Part shown: positions 62,599 through 64,000 of the stretch, one piece after another
How positions within the stretch are numbered: the stretch's first letter is position 1
Layout of the letters: every line of letters starts with the position of its first letter
NCBI GenBank assembly: GCA_963796055.1
Contig: CAWCKH010000004.1
Coordinates: 2,144,001-2,208,000 of the forward strand
Reading direction: 5' to 3'
From: an uncultured delta proteobacterium
GTDB taxonomy: Bacteria > Myxococcota > Myxococcia > Myxococcales > Myxococcaceae
Length of the DNA: 64,000 nt
Made by a program: the position numbers and the translations under genes
The notes under the pieces: generated by a model
Databases searched by the model: none
Told to the model about the DNA's origin: nothing
Seen by the model: the letters and a program-made list of their open reading frames with translations, nothing else

Positions 62599-64000
62599 CT
62601 AGAAGGTGAACCGAATGCTGAACCGGAAGCTGCGAACCGGCTGGTAGTTGGTCGGCTTGCCCCAGTTGACGTTGGTGTTGACGAACCCGGTGTTCTGGAA
62701 GGGGTCCGGCAGGACGACCTGGGCCGCCGCGCCCTGGACGTACCTCGGCCTCGGGAGCGAGCCGTTCGCGGCCTGGATGCTCTCCACGTTCCCCGCCGCG
62801 CGGTTCTGGTCGAAGGTCAGGTTCGGGTCGTAGCCGGGGAGGATCCGGACGATCTCCCCGTTGGGGGCGGGAACGCTCCCGTTCCGGGCTCCGATCACCG
62901 GGCCGACGTTGTCGAAGGTGTAGTTGTTGTCCACGGTGATCGGCCGCTGCGAGTTGAAGATGTTGAAGCCCTCGACGCTGGCGCTGAGCGTGCTGTCCTT
63001 CGAGAAGCGGAAGTTGAAGGACAGCCGGGCGTCGAGGCTGGTGACCCACGGCAGCCGCCCCCCGCGCCGCGCTCGAGGATGTAAGCCTGTCCCGGCCCGT
63101 AGGTGACCTGGGCGCCCAGGTAGTTGATCGGCGGCCCCGAGTTGGCGTTGAAGGAGCCGCCGGCGGTGATGCTGAAGGTGGGAACGATCACGAACTCCTT
63201 CGCCAGGTACACCTTGATGTTGTGGGTGACGTCCGCTGCCAGGTTCCCGTCCTGGTTCAGGAGCAGGCTCTTGAGGTCGAAGGTGGAGTTGAGGTTCGGG
63301 TCGAGCTGACCGTCCTCGGGGCGATAGAGGCCGTCGTAGTTCCCGGTCAGCCGCGACCAGGTGTAGCTGACCTGCGCCATCCACAGATCGGCGAAGCTCT
63401 TGATGAAGCTGAGCGTCACCGCGTGGTAGGTGCGCTTGGCCTTGGGGAAGGTGTCGGCGATGCCCTCACCGGGGTTGCCGATGAAGTACGTGTTGGCCTC
63501 GTCGTTGGACATGTCCTCCACAGTCCGGACCAGGTTCCGGTAGGTGTAGTTCAGCCCCACCCGCGCGTTGGCCAGGACCTCGTACTCGGCCCCGGCGACC
63601 ACCTCGTCGTTGGCCGCGGACTTGAGATCGGGATCCACCGGGACCTGGTCCGCCGCGCCCTGTCGCCACTTGCGGTTGGGGCGGACGCCCGAGGTGAGGC
63701 GCTTGGCGGCGTCGCAGCGGGCGAGCCCGCCGATGCCCACCGGATCGCAGTCGGTGTTGGAGTAGCCGTAGATCTGCGGCTCGACGCTCAGCTCGCGGTC
63801 GGCGATGTCCAGAGGGATGTTCTCGTAGTACCGCCCGTAGTTGGCGTAGATCTTCGAACGGCCCTGCTGCGTCGGGTCCCACACCACGCCGATGCGGGGC
63901 GAGAACTGATCCTTCAGCGCGATGCGGGTGACGCCGTCCTCGCCCGAGAGCGCCAGGGTGTCGTAGCGGAGGCCGACGTTCAGGGTGACCTTGTCCAGGA
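62599..64000 (-). CDS. TonB-dependent outer-membrane receptor, Oar-like (5' part outside window; frameshift near 63060)
   Basis: FSPRIG.VWDP, YGRYYE.IP, R.Y.A...., SYTWS...GNY.G, FNIFN, terminal IRFTF. Confidence 0.88.

Overview
High-GC chromosomal window with myxobacterial hallmarks (MYXO-CTERM-like sorting tails, an Oar-like TonB receptor plus lipoprotein, an RpoH-type sigma factor), so the source is probably Myxococcota (inference). Most of it is housekeeping or accessory metabolism: PBP1A, tatB/tatC, a pentose-phosphate operon (tkt-tal-pgi-gnd-zwf-glk-pgl-rpe), a DEAD-box helicase, a sigma-32-family factor, dnaE, cidA/lrgB, and many small hydrolases and regulators. One IS5-family element is present (38512-39792, 15-bp IRs, CTAG target duplication). 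I saw no rRNA, tRNA, CRISPR array or prophage, and I cannot claim a clearly new multi-gene system. The best leads are: a lipoprotein with an archaemetzincin layout but no HExxH motif; a 29-codon mini-ORF coupled to both tkt and tal that looks like a deleted rpiB; an IS inserted into the CTAG shared by two convergent stop codons; a hierarchical 85-bp repeat whose first 19 nt recur 54 kb away at another stop codon; a TatC with a large periplasmic insertion; a lipoprotein paired with a PA-domain metallopeptidase; an orphan adenine methyltransferase; and several internally deleted gene relics. Three single-base frameshifts in G/C runs may be sequencing errors. All family assignments come from motifs read by eye, not database searches.
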